Positions 28,543 through 38,174 are shown, numbered from the stretch's first letter. The stretch is 64,000 nucleotides of DNA from an uncultured Microthrixaceae bacterium (GCA_964635055.1 CAZWMT010000001.1:211234-275233), one strand, 5' to 3'. A program made the numbers and translations. Notes: a model not told the origin generated them from the sequence alone.

Positions 28543-29031
28543 CTACGGCACGGTCGGGACGGGGGGTGGTGTGACGGGCACCTGCACGTCGGGCACCTCG
28601 AAGGTCCCGGGATCGACGGTGAGATCACCGGGGTCGAACGCCGTGACGGGTGGGTTCACCACCGGGCCACCGATCGGGACGCCGGAGCCCGGGCCGGTGG
28701 TCACCGGCAGCCGGTCGAGGAAGGTGTCATCGCTGTGGGGCAGGTGGAGGCCGAAGTCTTCGCCCGTGTCGGCGACCGTGTCCTGCACACCGTCGGGTAG
28801 CCGGTTCATGGCGGCCAACCCGATCAGCACGCCCCCGAGGAAGGTCACTACCACCGCGATCTTCACCACGGTGAAGGCGAACGACGAGTACGCGTTGGTC
28901 CTCGGCGTGCGCAGTGGCACGGTCCGTGGTGGCGAGTGCCGCACCGGCCGCGGGTCGCGGTCAGGGGCCACCGGCGCCTCCGGCGGCTGCGGTCCTTCGA
29001 CCAGCACCCCCCGTCCGAACTCGCTGCTCAT
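28543..29031 (-). CDS. membrane-anchored Pro-rich hypothetical protein
   Basis: One TM helix (IAVVVTFLGGVLIGLAAM) followed by a Pro/Val/Gly-rich extracytoplasmic tail. Confidence 0.45.
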   Translation of the reverse strand: MSSEFGRGVLVEGPQPPEAPVAPDRDPRPVRHSPPRTVPLRTPRTNAYSSFAFTVVKIAVVVTFLGGVLIGLAAMNRLPDGVQDTVADTGEDFGLHLPHSDDTFLDRLPVTTGPGSGVPIGGPVVNPPVTAFDPGDLTVDPGTFEVPDVQVPVTPPPVPTVP

Positions 29032-29232
29032 GTGATCCCTTCGGATGATCGAGCGGGGCGATTGAGCACCGGGCGAGCGGCGGCGTCGAGCCGAGCCGGG
29101 CCGAGCCGGGCAGGCCCCGCCGGCGACAGACCGGCACCCAGCAGCAGGCCTCCCCGGGCGACACTGTCAGACCCCCGGCGTAGGTTGCTGAAGGAGCCTC
29201 TCCTGCTCCCCCCGCTCACCACCGGACCAGCC

Positions 29233-31347
29233 ATGACCCTCACCGACCACCCCACGAACGATCCCACCCGTGCCACCGCCGCCCAGGCGCTCGACCTGCT
29301 GCGCCGACTGGCCGGCCCCGACGCGCAGTTCCACCCGGGCCAGCTCGAGGCCATCGAGGCGCTGGTCGACCGTCGCCGGCGGGTGCTCGTGGTCCAGCGC
29401 ACCGGCTGGGGCAAGAGCGCCGTGTACTTCCTGGCCACCCGCCTGCTGCGCGATCAGGGCGGCGGCCCCACCCTGCTGGTGTCGCCGCTGCTGGCCCTCA
29501 TGCGCAACCAGGTGCACGCCGCCGAGCGCATCGGGCTGAAGGCGGCGCCGCTCAACTCGTCCAACACCGACGACTGGGACGTGATCGAGGAGTCGATCCT
29601 GGCCGACGGCGTCGACGTGCTGCTCATCTCGCCGGAGCGGCTGAACAACGAGCGCTTCCGCACGCGGGTCCTGCCCCACCTTGTGGGTGCCGTCGGCCTG
29701 CTGGTGATCGACGAGGTGCACTGCATCAGCGACTGGGGCCACGACTTCCGGCCCGACTACCGCCGGCTGGCCCGGGTGCTCGACCGCCTGCCCCGCAACG
29801 TTCCGGTCCTCGGGTGCACGGCCACGGCCAACGACCGGGTGGTGCACGACGTGGAGGAGCAACTGGGCGAGGGCGCGGTCGAGATCCGTGGCCGGCTCGA
29901 CCGCGACAGCCTGGAGCTCGAGGTGATCGACCTGCCCTCGCAGGCCGAGCGCATGGCCTGGCTGGCCACCGAGGTCCCCACGCTGGCGGGCACCGGCATC
30001 GTCTACTGCCTCACCATCGCCGACGCCCAGCGGGTGGCCGCCTGGTTGCGCAGCCGGGGCGTCAACGTGCTGGCCTACACCGGCGCCACCGAGCCGGGCG
30101 AGCGCCTGGTGGCCGAGGACGCCCTGTTGCACAACGAGGTGAAGGCCCTGGTGGCCACCTCGGCGCTGGGCATGGGCTACGACAAGCCCGACCTCGGCTT
30201 CGTGATCCACTACCAAGGGCCAGGGTCGCCCATCGCCTACTACCAGCAGGTCGGCCGGGCGGGTCGGTCGCTCGACACCGCCCGCGTGGTGCTGCTGCGG
30301 GGCCACGAGGACGCCGACATCCAGGACTACTTCATCCGCACCGCCTTCCCCCCACGCGACAAGGCCGAGCAGGTGATCGCGCTGCTCGAGGCCGCGGGCG
30401 GGCCGGTGAAGATCACCGAGATCGAGGCCGAGGTGAACGTCCGCCGGTCGCGGCTCGAAGGCATGCTGAAGATCCTCGACGCCGAGGGAGCGGTCGAGCG
30501 GGTGGGATCGGCCTGGCAGCGCACCCTGCAGCCGTGGGCCTACGACGAGGAGCGGGTCGAGCGGGTCACCGCCGCACGCCGGGCCGAGCAGGAGGCGATG
30601 GTGCGCTACGGCAGCGACGGCACCTGCCTCATGCGCTTCCTGCGTCGCCAGCTCGACGACCACGTCGACGCCGACTGCGGCCGCTGCTCGGTCTGTCGGG
30701 CCGCGGCCGGGTCGCCGCCGGCGCCGCTCGAGCTCGACGTCGACCTGGTCGAGGCCGCCCGCACCTTCCTCCGCTCGTCGCCCCTCGTCATTGAGCCCCG
30801 CCGCCAATGGCCCCGCGATCTCGACGGCGTGTCGGGCAACATCCCCGCCGACCAGCGCCTGGCGGACGGCCGGGCCCTCAGCCTGTACGGCGACGCCGGC
30901 TGGGGAGCGCTGGTGCGAGGGGCCCGGCTCGAGGGCAGGCCCTACGACGATCGCCTGGTCGACGGTGCGGTCGAGCTGGTGCGCCGCACCTGGCGACCCG
31001 ACCCGCCCCCCGAATGGGTCACGTGCCTGCCGGGATCACCCGCCGGAGGGGGCCTGCTGGCCGATTTCGCCGACCGGCTCGCCGCCCGGCTCGAGCTGCC
31101 CCACCTGGCGGTCATCGAACAGGTCCGTCCCATCGCCGACCAGCGCACCATGGCCAACAGCGCCCAGCAGGTGCGCAACGTGCTCGGCGCGTACGCCGTC
31201 ACCGCCGACGTGCCCTCCGGGCCCGTGCTGCTGGTCGACGAGTTGGTCGACTCGCGCTGGACCCTCACCGTCGTCGGGGCCGCCCTGCGCCAGGCCGGGT
31301 CGGGCCCGGTGCTCCCCCTGGTCCTGGCCAAGGCCAGCGGCGACTGA
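29233..31347 (+). CDS. recQ: RecQ-family helicase fused to a C-terminal ComF/phosphoribosyltransferase-like domain
   Basis: QRTGWGKSAVY and VIDEVHCISDWGHDFRPDY are RecQ motifs I and II. The C-terminal VLLVDELVDSRWTLTVVGAALRQAG sits at the PRT PRPP-loop position. Confidence 0.85.
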   Translation: MTLTDHPTNDPTRATAAQALDLLRRLAGPDAQFHPGQLEAIEALVDRRRRVLVVQRTGWGKSAVYFLATRLLRDQGGGPTLLVSPLLALMRNQVHAAERIGLKAAPLNSSNTDDWDVIEESILADGVDVLLISPERLNNERFRTRVLPHLVGAVGLLVIDEVHCISDWGHDFRPDYRRLARVLDRLPRNVPVLGCTATANDRVVHDVEEQLGEGAVEIRGRLDRDSLELEVIDLPSQAERMAWLATEVPTLAGTGIVYCLTIADAQRVAAWLRSRGVNVLAYTGATEPGERLVAEDALLHNEVKALVATSALGMGYDKPDLGFVIHYQGPGSPIAYYQQVGRAGRSLDTARVVLLRGHEDADIQDYFIRTAFPPRDKAEQVIALLEAAGGPVKITEIEAEVNVRRSRLEGMLKILDAEGAVERVGSAWQRTLQPWAYDEERVERVTAARRAEQEAMVRYGSDGTCLMRFLRRQLDDHVDADCGRCSVCRAAAGSPPAPLELDVDLVEAARTFLRSSPLVIEPRRQWPRDLDGVSGNIPADQRLADGRALSLYGDAGWGALVRGARLEGRPYDDRLVDGAVELVRRTWRPDPPPEWVTCLPGSPAGGGLLADFADRLAARLELPHLAVIEQVRPIADQRTMANSAQQVRNVLGAYAVTADVPSGPVLLVDELVDSRWTLTVVGAALRQAGSGPVLPLVLAKASGD

Positions 31348-31373
31348 TGCGTCCACCGCTCGTGTCCCCAGCT

Positions 31374-31425
31374 CGAACTGGCGCCCGATTCGGTCGTCTG
31401 GGCAACCCGATCGGGCGCCAGTTCG
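31374..31425. repeat. palindromic REP-like element, family 1, copy 2
   Basis: CGAACTGGCGCCCGATTCGG...CCCGATCGGGCGCCAGTTCG, the same arms as the element at 1322-1365. Confidence 0.7.
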
Positions 31426-31467
31426 CCACGGTGGTCCCGACGCACGGCGACCGGTAGCCCCATCCGG

Positions 31468-32352
31468 ATGGCGCGCCTCGACGACTCCACCCTCGCCGCC
31501 CTGCTGCTGACGAGCCGACTGGTGCCCGACGGCCCGCCGCCGCTCAAGGCGCGTGAGTTCTGGGCCCTGGTCGAGTCGGTCGGCGGCGACCCCGCGGTGC
31601 TGCTGGGCGACGACCCGCCCCCGGTCGCGCCCGACCAGGCGGCGCGCATCGGCGGCCTGCTCGACCGGGCCACCGCCTTCGCCTTCGCGCTCGAGGACGC
31701 CGAGCGCGCGGGGGTCAACATCGTGTCGGCGTTCGACGTGCGGTACCCGGGCCGGCTGCGGGAGCGCCTGGGCCACCAGGCCCCGCCCGCCCTGCACGGC
31801 GCGGGACCGTTGGCGCTGATGGTCGAGCCGGGACTGGCCATCGTCGGCGCGGACGACCCGGACGCGGTCGAGCTCGCCCGATCCTGCGCGGCGGCGGCCG
31901 CCGGCGCCGGCCTCATCATCATCACCGGAGGCGCCGACGGCGGGACCGACGCCGCGGCGACGACCGCGGCGCTCGACGCCGGCGGCCGAGTGGTCGCCGT
32001 CCTGGCCGACCCACTCACCCGCCGCATCCGCCGACCCGAGGTCCGCCGCGCCATCCACGAGGGCCGCCTGTGCCTGGCCACGCCCTACCACCCCGACGCG
32101 CCGTACTCCCCGGCCGCCGACGCCGGGCGCATCAAGCTGCTGGTCGCCCTCGCCGACCTCACGTTGGTGATCGACGGCGACGAGGTCGCGGTGGCGCAGG
32201 CGGTGCACCACGACCAGGCCCGGGTCGCCGTCTGGCGTGAGCCCGACGGGGGCGCCGGAGGCCCCCGATCGGGCGATGGTCGCGCCACGCCGGTGCACGA
32301 CCTCGGTGCCCTGATCGACCTCGCCACCACTCCCCCACCCCCGACCCCCTGA
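31468..32352 (+). CDS. DprA/Smf-like DNA-processing (Rossmann/SLOG) protein
   Basis: LAIVGADDP...GLIIITGGADGGTDAAATTAALDAGGRVVAVLADPL resembles the DprA core (GxARGIDxxAH...VAVLxxGLD). Confidence 0.7.
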   Translation: MARLDDSTLAALLLTSRLVPDGPPPLKAREFWALVESVGGDPAVLLGDDPPPVAPDQAARIGGLLDRATAFAFALEDAERAGVNIVSAFDVRYPGRLRERLGHQAPPALHGAGPLALMVEPGLAIVGADDPDAVELARSCAAAAAGAGLIIITGGADGGTDAAATTAALDAGGRVVAVLADPLTRRIRRPEVRRAIHEGRLCLATPYHPDAPYSPAADAGRIKLLVALADLTLVIDGDEVAVAQAVHHDQARVAVWREPDGGAGGPRSGDGRATPVHDLGALIDLATTPPPPTP

Positions 32353-32817
32353 CCGGGCCGCGCCGGAACTCCCCGTCGGAGCGGCGCTCGTCCCCGCTCC
32401 ACCTCGCGGGCGTTCCCCCCGGGACTGTCGCGAACTAGCCCAGAACCGCACAACCATGCGCGGGCTACGCGGTCTCGCGATCTGACCCAGGGGAAACCTC
32501 CGCGACTCGCCCGATGCAGCCACCAGCGAACTACGAGACAGCCCCCCGAGGGCCGTGGCGCCGCCGCGACCGCCGATGCCGTCACCCTGGCAACAGGGCC
32601 CGGAGCGCAACCCCGGCACACACCGCCGCCAGTTCCCCGCCTGCGCCCACTCCCACGTGCGGCGGCGGCGACCTGCGCACCGTCGGGACGATCCATGGCC
32701 CGGCCGGCGCCGAGGTTCCGCCGCGTCGAGACCGCGTGCTCGTCATCGGGCTGCGGCTGCGGCCGCCGGCGCCGCACCCACCTCGAGCAGGGCGCGAACG
32801 CTGGGCAGGGCGCTCCG

Positions 32818-33411
32818 ATGGCTGGTTCACTGAGGGCCATGGCATCGTTCGACATCGACTCGTTCGTCGCCGACTGCCTCGCCGCCGCTCGCTCCGAGGC
32901 CAACCGTGGTTCGCTGGCGGTGAAGGAGGTGCTCGAGTCGGTGCTGCACGACCCGGGCCGCATCGCGGAGGCGGTCGGGTCACCCACCGCGATCGCACCG
33001 TTCACCACTTGGCACCGCAGCGACGAACTGACGATCCTGCACGTGGTGTGGCCGCCGACGGTCGACCTGCTGGCCCACGACCACGAGATGTGGGCGACCA
33101 TCGGGCTCTACGGCGGCCGTGAGGACAACCGGTTCTTCCGTCCCGACGATGACGGTGGTCTCCGCCCCAGCGGTGCGACCACCCTGCGCACCGGCGACAC
33201 GGTGGCGCTCGGCCGGGACGTGATCCATGCCGTCGCCAACCCGTCCAGGGAGTGGACTGCAGCGATCCACGTCTACGGCGGGGACTACTTCGCGCCCGCC
33301 CGGCGGATGTGGCCCGACATCGCCGAGGCGCCGGTCGCCTTCGACGTGGCCCGCGTCGTCGCCACGCTGGAAGACGCCGCCGAGCGGAGCCGACCCCGAC
33401 CTGCCGGCTGA
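32818..33411 (+). CDS. cupin / double-stranded beta-helix metal-dependent protein
   Basis: His-rich cupin-like motifs (LLAHDHEMWATIGLYGG; VIHAVANP...HVYGG). Confidence 0.6.
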   Translation: MAGSLRAMASFDIDSFVADCLAAARSEANRGSLAVKEVLESVLHDPGRIAEAVGSPTAIAPFTTWHRSDELTILHVVWPPTVDLLAHDHEMWATIGLYGGREDNRFFRPDDDGGLRPSGATTLRTGDTVALGRDVIHAVANPSREWTAAIHVYGGDYFAPARRMWPDIAEAPVAFDVARVVATLEDAAERSRPRPAG

Positions 33412-33556
33412 CGGTGCCGTCGGAGCGACGGCACAGGACACATCCTCGCCGTGCACCGCAGCCACAACCCCCGACCTCCTGGTCGACGGCGCCGTCCAAC
33501 CTCCCGCCGCCGTGCCCTCGACGTTCGATCGCGGCGTGCGTCCGATCGGCGACCGG

Positions 33557-33752
33557 TCGATGTTCGTGGCTTGTCGAGCAGGTCGAAGCTCTCGACCGTG
33601 CGTGAACCGGAGCGCCGGGCGCCTCGGTGCAGCGGGCCCGGCAACTGATCGATGTTTGATGACCTTGTCGCGCAGGTCGAAGCTCTCGACCGTGCGTGAA
33701 CCGCAGCGACCGAAGCGGCGGGCGCCTCGGTGGGGTGGGCCCGGCGACTGCT
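33557..33752. repeat. tandem duplication (92 + 104 bp) in a long non-coding stretch
   Basis: Both copies read TCGATGTT..CAGGTCGAAGCTCTCGACCGTGCGTGAACC..GGGCGCCTCGGTG..GGGCCCGGC.ACTG. Confidence 0.8.
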
Positions 33753-34295
33753 CGCCGCCGGCGCCTCGAACAACGACCGTTCGATGAATGCCGGCCGGCG
33801 ATGCGCCCGCGATCCGATCACGTCGTGCCGGAGCTGGGCGGGCATGAGCAAGGGCCGCATCCAGTTGTCGCCCGCACGCACCACGGTCTGCTCCGGAGCT
33901 GACGGCAAACCTCGTCGGGCTCGGGCGCCGACCGCCATGGGCCATCGTGAACCGTCCGCCGGCTACACGTCGCTCCCCAGGCGCCGCCGACGCGGGTCCG
34001 GTCGCCACACAGGCGCGGCCTCAGGTGGGCGACCGGTCCCGTGGCACACGCCCGCGGTGATCACACGGCGCCGGGCCCGCTGGCGGAGACGACGTTCCTC
34101 GCGGTCGACCAGCGCAGGTTCTGCTGAGCGTCCCGACGCCGTCCCCGGCGCCGAGGCGACCGTGGCGTTCCGGCTTCGACGGCTGCGATCATCCGGTCCA
34201 GGTCAGGGCGAGCAACTCACCCTCCGTCGCTCGATCGCCCCCGCCGGCCTCGCCCGGGCCCCTCCGGGCGGCACCCGACGACGGGCAGGCCCGCG

Positions 34296-34502
34296 CTACT
34301 CCTTGGTGGCCACGTGGTTCGGCACCACGTTCATCTTGGGCTCGTACACCACCTTCTCGATCTCGCGCTGCTCGTTGCCCAGGTTGGCCCGCAGGTCCTG
34401 ACGGCAGGGGTCACACGGCCCGTAGAACCGTGCGGCAGCCGCCTGCCCGCACCGCGGGCAGTCGAACTCCTTCAGCGCATCAACGGTGGCCACGTCGCTC
34501 AT
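34296..34502 (-). CDS. small zinc-ribbon protein
   Basis: 68 aa from MSDVATV with CPRCG...CDPC (CxxC x14 CxxC). Confidence 0.45.
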   Translation of the reverse strand: MSDVATVDALKEFDCPRCGQAAAARFYGPCDPCRQDLRANLGNEQREIEKVVYEPKMNVVPNHVATKE

Positions 34503-34603
34503 CGGCCCATCGTGGCAGGTCCGCTGCCCAGCCGAGGCGACCCACCCCGACCCCACGATGCGTCAGAGGCCATCGACCCCAGTGGCACGACCGACGGGAG
34601 CCA

Positions 34604-35284
34604 TCAGGCAGCCAGGTACCGACGGAACCAGGCCACCGTGCGGGACCAGGCGTCGGTGGCGCTGGGCTCGTGGTAGCTCACGCGGGCGTCGCAGTGGAAG
34701 CCGTGGCCGGCGTCGGGGTAGCGCACCACCTCGGTGGGTTGACCCGAGATCGCCGCCGCGGCGCGCAGCCGCTCCACGTCGTCGACGGGGATGCCCTCGT
34801 CCAGATCGCCGAACAGGCCCAACCACGGCGCCCGCAGGCGGGGCGCCTCGTCGACGAGCGGGTCGAACCCGAAGCGGCCCGCGGTGACCCCACCGCCGTA
34901 GAACGTGACGGCGGCGCCCAGCGGCCGGCGCGTGGCGACGGCCAGCGCCACGGTGCCCCCCATGCAGAAGCCGACGATGCCCACACGCGAGGCGGGGATG
35001 CCTGCCGCGACCATGTGATCGAGGGCGGCGTCGACGTCGCGCAGGACGCCCTCCACGGTCACCTCGGCGAAGTGGGGCATCACCTGGGCCAGGTCGTCGT
35101 AGCCCAGCTTGGGGTCGCCGGTGCGGTGGAACAGGTGCGGCGCCACAGCCAGCCACCCCTCGGCGGCGAAGCGGCGGGTGACGGCGGCGATGTGGTCGTT
35201 GACGCCGAACGCCTCCTGGATCACGACGATCCCGCCGGCCGGCTCACCCGGTGGTTCATGGACGGTCAGTGGTGTCTGGGCCAT
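34604..35284 (-). CDS. dienelactone hydrolase family protein
   Basis: GFCMGG nucleophile elbow with Cys, and typical length (226 aa). Confidence 0.85.
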   Translation of the reverse strand: MAQTPLTVHEPPGEPAGGIVVIQEAFGVNDHIAAVTRRFAAEGWLAVAPHLFHRTGDPKLGYDDLAQVMPHFAEVTVEGVLRDVDAALDHMVAAGIPASRVGIVGFCMGGTVALAVATRRPLGAAVTFYGGGVTAGRFGFDPLVDEAPRLRAPWLGLFGDLDEGIPVDDVERLRAAAAISGQPTEVVRYPDAGHGFHCDARVSYHEPSATDAWSRTVAWFRRYLAA

Positions 35285-35446
35285 CTGCGAACAGTACGGC
35301 TGCCGGCATCCACTGGTGCCCGCCGGTTAACACGGCGGTTACCAGGGCGTGACCGGCGTGTGACCGGCTGTCGGTAGCGTCGGGGCATCGCCGATCCGAC
35401 CCGAATCCGCTTCCGCACCATCCACGGCCACCGCCGCGCGTACCGG

Positions 35447-36379
35447 GTGGCGGGCACGGGGCCGCCACTGCTGCTGTTGCACGGCATCGGCGACAACTCG
35501 GTGAGCTGGTTGCCCGTGATGGAGCAGCTCGCCGAGGATCACACGGTGATCGCCCCCGACCTGCTGGGCCACGGCGAATCGGCCAAGCCCCGGGCCGACT
35601 ACTCGGTGGCGGCCTACGCCAACGGCATGCGCGACCTGCTCACCCTGCTGGGGGTCGACCGGGTGACGGTGGTGGGCCACTCGCTGGGCGGCGGCGTGGC
35701 CGCCCAATTCGCCTACCAGTACCCCGAGCGCTGCCAGCGCCTGGTGCTGGTGGCCACCGGCGGGGTGGCCACCGCGGTCACGCCGTTCCTGCGCATCGCC
35801 GCCGCCCCGCTGGCCGAGCTGTTCCTGATCCCCTTGAGCCCGCCCATCGCCCGCCCCTTCGGGCTGCTCGGCCTCGAGCTGCTGCGCCTCAGCGGCCACG
35901 ACCTGGGACGCGACCGCGACGAGCTCGTTCGGGTGTTCGGCGCGCTGCCCGACGCCGACGCCCGCGTGGCCTTCACCCGCACCCTGCGCTCGGGTGTGGA
36001 CTGGCGGGGCCAGGTGGTCACCCTGCGCGACCGCTGCTACCTGGCCCAAGCGATGCCCACCATGATCATGTGGGGCACGAACGACGGCGTGATCCCCGTC
36101 AAGCACGCCCACGCCGCCCATGCGGCCATGCCCGGTAGCCGCCTCGAGCTGTTCCCCACCGGGGGCCACTTCCCCCACCACGACGACCCCGACCGCTTCG
36201 TCGCCCTCGTCCGCGAGTTCGTGGCCACCACCCGCGCCGCGGAGCACGACCCCGACTACTGGCAGGCACTGCTGCGCGAGGGCCGCCCGGGGTCGGACAC
36301 CAGCCTCGACGACGAGATCCCCGAGCTCGACCTCATGCCCGCCGGCACCGCCCGCCCGCGGCTCGTCGCCGGCGCCTGA
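35447..36379 (+). CDS. alpha/beta hydrolase
   Basis: LLLLHGIGDNS and GHSLGG motifs. GTG is the only in-frame start after the upstream stop. Confidence 0.8.
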   Translation: MAGTGPPLLLLHGIGDNSVSWLPVMEQLAEDHTVIAPDLLGHGESAKPRADYSVAAYANGMRDLLTLLGVDRVTVVGHSLGGGVAAQFAYQYPERCQRLVLVATGGVATAVTPFLRIAAAPLAELFLIPLSPPIARPFGLLGLELLRLSGHDLGRDRDELVRVFGALPDADARVAFTRTLRSGVDWRGQVVTLRDRCYLAQAMPTMIMWGTNDGVIPVKHAHAAHAAMPGSRLELFPTGGHFPHHDDPDRFVALVREFVATTRAAEHDPDYWQALLREGRPGSDTSLDDEIPELDLMPAGTARPRLVAGA

Positions 36380-36439
36380 TCGGCTCGACCGACACCGAGC
36401 CGGCGCGCCCCACACCAGACGCGACCCCGCACCGCCACG

Positions 36440-36832
36440 GCCCGTGGCCGGGTTGCGCACCGACACACCAGGCTCGACGGCATGGCGCGCGCGAACCGCG
36501 CGCTCAGCACCACATCCCGACCAGCAAGCCCGACCGCCAATGGCCCGCGCCGACGACCCACCCGCTCGCCGCAGCCCGTGGCCGGGTTACCACCGACGCA
36601 CCACGCTCGAGGCCATGGCGCGCACGAACCGCGCGCTCAGCACCACATCCCGACCAGCAAGGCCGACCGCGACCACGCCGACGACCCACCGGCTCGGCGC
36701 CGCCCGTGGCCGGGGCTACCAGACCGACACACCATTCTCGACGGCATGGCGCGCACGATCCGCGCGCTGAGCATCGCATCCCGACCAGCGAGGCGAGCGC
36801 CAATGACCCCATCCCGACAACTCACCGGCGCG
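36440..36832. repeat. about 130-bp tandem repeat, 3 copies, intergenic
   Basis: Units start with GCCCGTGGCCGGG at 36440, 36574 and 36702. Each unit contains CATGGCGCGC(A/G)CGA(A/T)CCGCGCGCT(C/G)AGCA(C/T)C(A/G)CATCCCGACCAGC. Confidence 0.85.
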
Positions 36833-37151
36833 GCCCGACGCACGTCATCAAGCGTCACCGGATCCCGGTGGGGCCCGTCGGCTCCGGCGCTGCTCCGGCG
36901 CCTGCATCGTCGCGCCGCCGTCCTCTCGATGCGAGCGCCGGTCGGTCGGTCATGCACCACCGGCCCGGCTGCAGCGAGGGGCCGGTGCTCGGCATCGCCA
37001 CGCCTGGACCGGCGCGCCTGTGGCCACCGGTTGTGGACGTTGTGCCCTATCGACTCTGCGGTCGCCGGCGGACACTCAGGCCAGGTGAAGGGTGGCCATC
37101 GGTTGGCCTTCAGGTCGGCGTTGGCTCCCTTCCCGTCGAGAGGAGCGAGCA

Positions 37152-37529
37152 GTGCAGTGGGATCTGGGAATCCAGGGAATGGGTGTGCTCGTCGCGATGT
37201 CGCTCGCCATGGGTGTGATCACGTACCTGATCGCGGGCAGGGCGCGGAACCTCTGGTATTGGCTGATCGGCTCGGCAGCCGCGTTCGTGGCCGGCCTGCT
37301 CACCAGCGAGGGGCTGTTCGGCTGGGCCACCGAGGAGGACCTGCAGCCCAACATCGACGGGCTGTCCGTCGACGAGGTGCTGCTCTTCACGTTGCTCGCT
37401 GCCGTCGTGGCCGGCATCGTCGCACGCATGGTGCTGCGGCGGTCCCACCGCGGCGAGCGCAGCGTCGAAGGGCACGACACCTCCAGGCGTCACTTCGGTG
37501 GCGGTACACCCGTCCCGAAGACAGGGTGA
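37152..37529 (+). CDS. small integral membrane protein
   Basis: GTG start preceded by GAGGAG. Three or four hydrophobic helices. Confidence 0.4.
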   Translation: MQWDLGIQGMGVLVAMSLAMGVITYLIAGRARNLWYWLIGSAAAFVAGLLTSEGLFGWATEEDLQPNIDGLSVDEVLLFTLLAAVVAGIVARMVLRRSHRGERSVEGHDTSRRHFGGGTPVPKTG

Positions 37530-37738
37530 ACGCCGTAGCTGGTCAGGCAACGTCGCCGCGTGGCTCGGTGACCCGTCGGCGCCGCCGGAACGCGCGTGGA
37601 GCAGTCCCGCGCCTGCCGTTCGGCGACGGACGAACACGGTGAGCGGTGTCGTCCGGCCGCCGAAGCCGCGTGAAGGGTAGGGATCGGAGCACGCGAGCAC
37701 CCGAGCACGTCGCGTAGCCGGCGGGCCGTCGAGCCGGC

Positions 37739-38065
37739 TCAGGCGACCCAGCCGTCGCGCTCGTCCTCCTCGTGTTCGTCGTCCTCGTCTTCCTCGTCGG
37801 GCGGGTCCTCGTCGAAGCGGCAGCCGCAGGACAGCAGCTGCCCTCGGCATCTCGGGCACTGGGCGAGGTCGCAGCCGAGGTGGTGGGCCCCGCCGGGCTC
37901 GACGCCGCAGTCCCCGCAGCGCCCCAGGGGTCTCGGGAGCCTGCCGTAGCCCGTCTCGGCGCCCCATCGGGGCAACGGTTGGGCAACGCCGTCGAGGTGC
38001 AGCTCGGTCACCGAGCACGATGCCGCGACGAGCATCTCTTGTTCGCAGTAGGTGCAAGTAGCCAT
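37739..38065 (-). CDS. Cys-rich putative metal-binding protein with acidic tail
   Basis: 108 aa with CTYC, CGDCG, CPRC and CGC motifs, plus a DEDPPDEEDEDDEHEEDERD tail. Confidence 0.5.
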   Translation of the reverse strand: MATCTYCEQEMLVAASCSVTELHLDGVAQPLPRWGAETGYGRLPRPLGRCGDCGVEPGGAHHLGCDLAQCPRCRGQLLSCGCRFDEDPPDEEDEDDEHEEDERDGWVA

Positions 38066-38144
38066 GGCGTCATCATGACGAGGCCCTCTGACACCATCGT
38101 CGACAGGCGTCCGGCCGGTCGACCATCGGGGCGAAAACGGCAGA

Positions 38145-38174
38145 AGAGGAGGACCCGGGGGGAGGTCCTCCTCT
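38145..38174 (-). terminator. stem-loop downstream of the 38606-38271 gene
   Basis: AGAGGAGGACC-cgggggga-GGTCCTCCTCT is an 11-bp perfect stem. A short T run follows on the minus strand after 9 nt. Confidence 0.4.

Noticed and set aside
28404-28628. 74-aa ORF ending in a plausible tail-anchor helix (QIWAMAGTLIGLAAVLTANNVL).
   Set aside because: The only ATG or GTG start that includes the helical part overlaps the upstream gene by 86 nt. After that gene's stop, just an 18-codon ATG ORF remains. There is not enough support to call it.
28936-29232. N-terminal 99-codon extension of the RecQ ORF.
   Set aside because: The extension is Arg/Pro/Ser-rich and antisense to the neighbouring gene start. 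RecQ-like sequence begins after ATG 29233.
32353-32817. 465-bp gap before the cupin gene, examined for a riboswitch or sRNA.
   Set aside because: I found no recognisable conserved riboswitch core or strong hairpin by eye, so it is left unannotated.
36440-36832. Possible CRISPR array.
   Set aside because: The whole ~130-bp unit is repeated with no unique spacers, and the repeat length is far above CRISPR repeats. No cas genes are nearby.
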